DNA from: Sphyrna mokarran
Taxonomy: Eukaryota
Direction of reading: 5' to 3'
DNA length: 64,000 bases
Assembly: GCA_024679065.1 (NCBI GenBank)
Contig: JAGIQG010000040.1
Coordinates: 6,076,001 to 6,140,000 of the forward strand
Both the position numbers and the translations under genes were made by a program. The notes beneath the pieces are model-generated. The model searched no databases. It was not told the origin of the DNA and saw only the letters and a list, made by a program, of their open reading frames with translations. Position 1 is the first letter of the stretch; the number at the start of each line of letters is the position of its first letter. Below, piece after piece: positions 62,786 through 64,000 of this stretch.

Positions 62786-64000
62786 GCTGCGGGTGTCCTT
62801 GTGACTCTTCAGGTCGAGCAATCAGTTAAATCTCACACACAACACGAGTACAGTCTGTCCCAGGTATGATTGCTGCAATGTATTTTCAGGCTGGTTCACT
62901 GAATGTGTTTTTCCACATTCAGTGTACTGCAAAACTCTCACTTGGGTATCTGCATATCTCAGAGTTTTCACAGTCTCACTAATATTTAAAGCATTCTGAA
63001 GCAGACAGTACAGGGAAACATTTTTCCTGCTTGATTCAACAGTCAATGATAGTCAGGTCCCGATGAATCAAGCAATTCTGTCAGATCTAGATATGATGTT
63101 TACTTTAGATTTCTGTCTGTAAATTGTCACCTTCTGATATCCTGTAAAAGGAGTTTACAAAAGTTATCTGTGTCAGTACAGGATAGAAATTCAGAACAGA
63201 CAATTGTAGTTGCTATGAAACATTCTATCCTCTCTCATTCCCCAAAAGCTATAAATCTCCATCCCACACACTCTCCCTCCATTCTCACTCTGCTGTATCT
63301 AATATTCACCCTCCCAATTCTCTTGAAGGTGCTGATTGAGTCTGATTAATAGATCCATTCTCGCTTCTTGTCCTGGACACAGAGAGTTCAAAATCTTCAA
63401 GCTGACAACCATGTTAAAGTTTTACATTTGGACATAAATGAACAGACTAATTACAGAATCTTGGAATGGGTACAGTGCAGAAAGAGATCATTTGGTCCAT
63501 TGAGTTTGCAATGACTCTGACAGAGAATACCATCCAGACACCATTCCTATTTACCTAGCCATTTCCTCTCACCTACATATCTTTGGAGCTAAGGGACAAT
63601 TTAGCATGTTCAATCAGTCTAAGCTGCACATCTTTGGAGTATGGAAGAGAATTGGAGCAATCGGAGGAAGTCCATGAAGACACAGGGAAAATCTGCAGAC
63701 TCCGCTCAGACAGTGACCCAAGCCGGAGAATCAAACTAATCTTCCTGGATCAGTGAAGCAGCTGTGCAAGCCACTGTGCCGCTGCAACGACGTGTATAAT
63801 ACATGGCAAGAGATATGTGAAAAATGTAAGGAGGATCCTGATTGAGGCAATGAGTGATGACCTGGAAGTTAAAAATTAAAGTCTAGAATGAGAGAAAAAA
63901 AAGTGTTTTACTTCCAAATGTTGGAAACAGAAGGAAGTTTGAGCCTGTCTAAAGCTCAGTCTTCATTCAGAGAGAACAGCAGCTTTGCTGAGCAGGAATG

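Larger units (their letters stand above)
53759..64000. repeat. Right arm of the inverted duplication (continues past the window end)
   Basis: Reverse complement of 38506-48720 with scattered SNPs and indels. Confidence 0.95.

Overview
Vertebrate genomic DNA, most likely a cartilaginous fish (inferred from shark-type tRNA-derived SINEs, CR1 and Penelope debris, and TCR V genes). Three zones. (1) 1-~12435: the end of a ~6.04-kb tandem array. Each unit carries, on the minus strand, a complete TCR alpha/delta-type V gene segment (leader exon, 100-nt intron, V exon, canonical 23-RSS), a structurally compensated variant U1 snRNA gene ~1.15 kb downstream of the RSS, and a CTCF-type motif upstream of the leader. 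(2) A 66-bp minisatellite at ~12.9-13.9 kb marks the boundary. (3) ~17-64 kb: a cluster of tandem C2H2 zinc-finger genes with no visible KRAB/SCAN/BTB domain. They are built from a shared module: head-to-head CCAAT/ETS promoter cassettes, a non-coding exon 1, a micro-exon, a conserved ~223-nt intron, a terminal exon whose ORF starts at M-E-K-P-W-K-C, and a conserved 3' UTR. Several copies are decayed. A >=10.2-kb inverted duplication (38506-48720 vs 53759-64000) abuts a 100-N scaffold gap and may be an assembly artefact. Coordinates were read by eye, repeat boundaries are approximate, and no database search was run.
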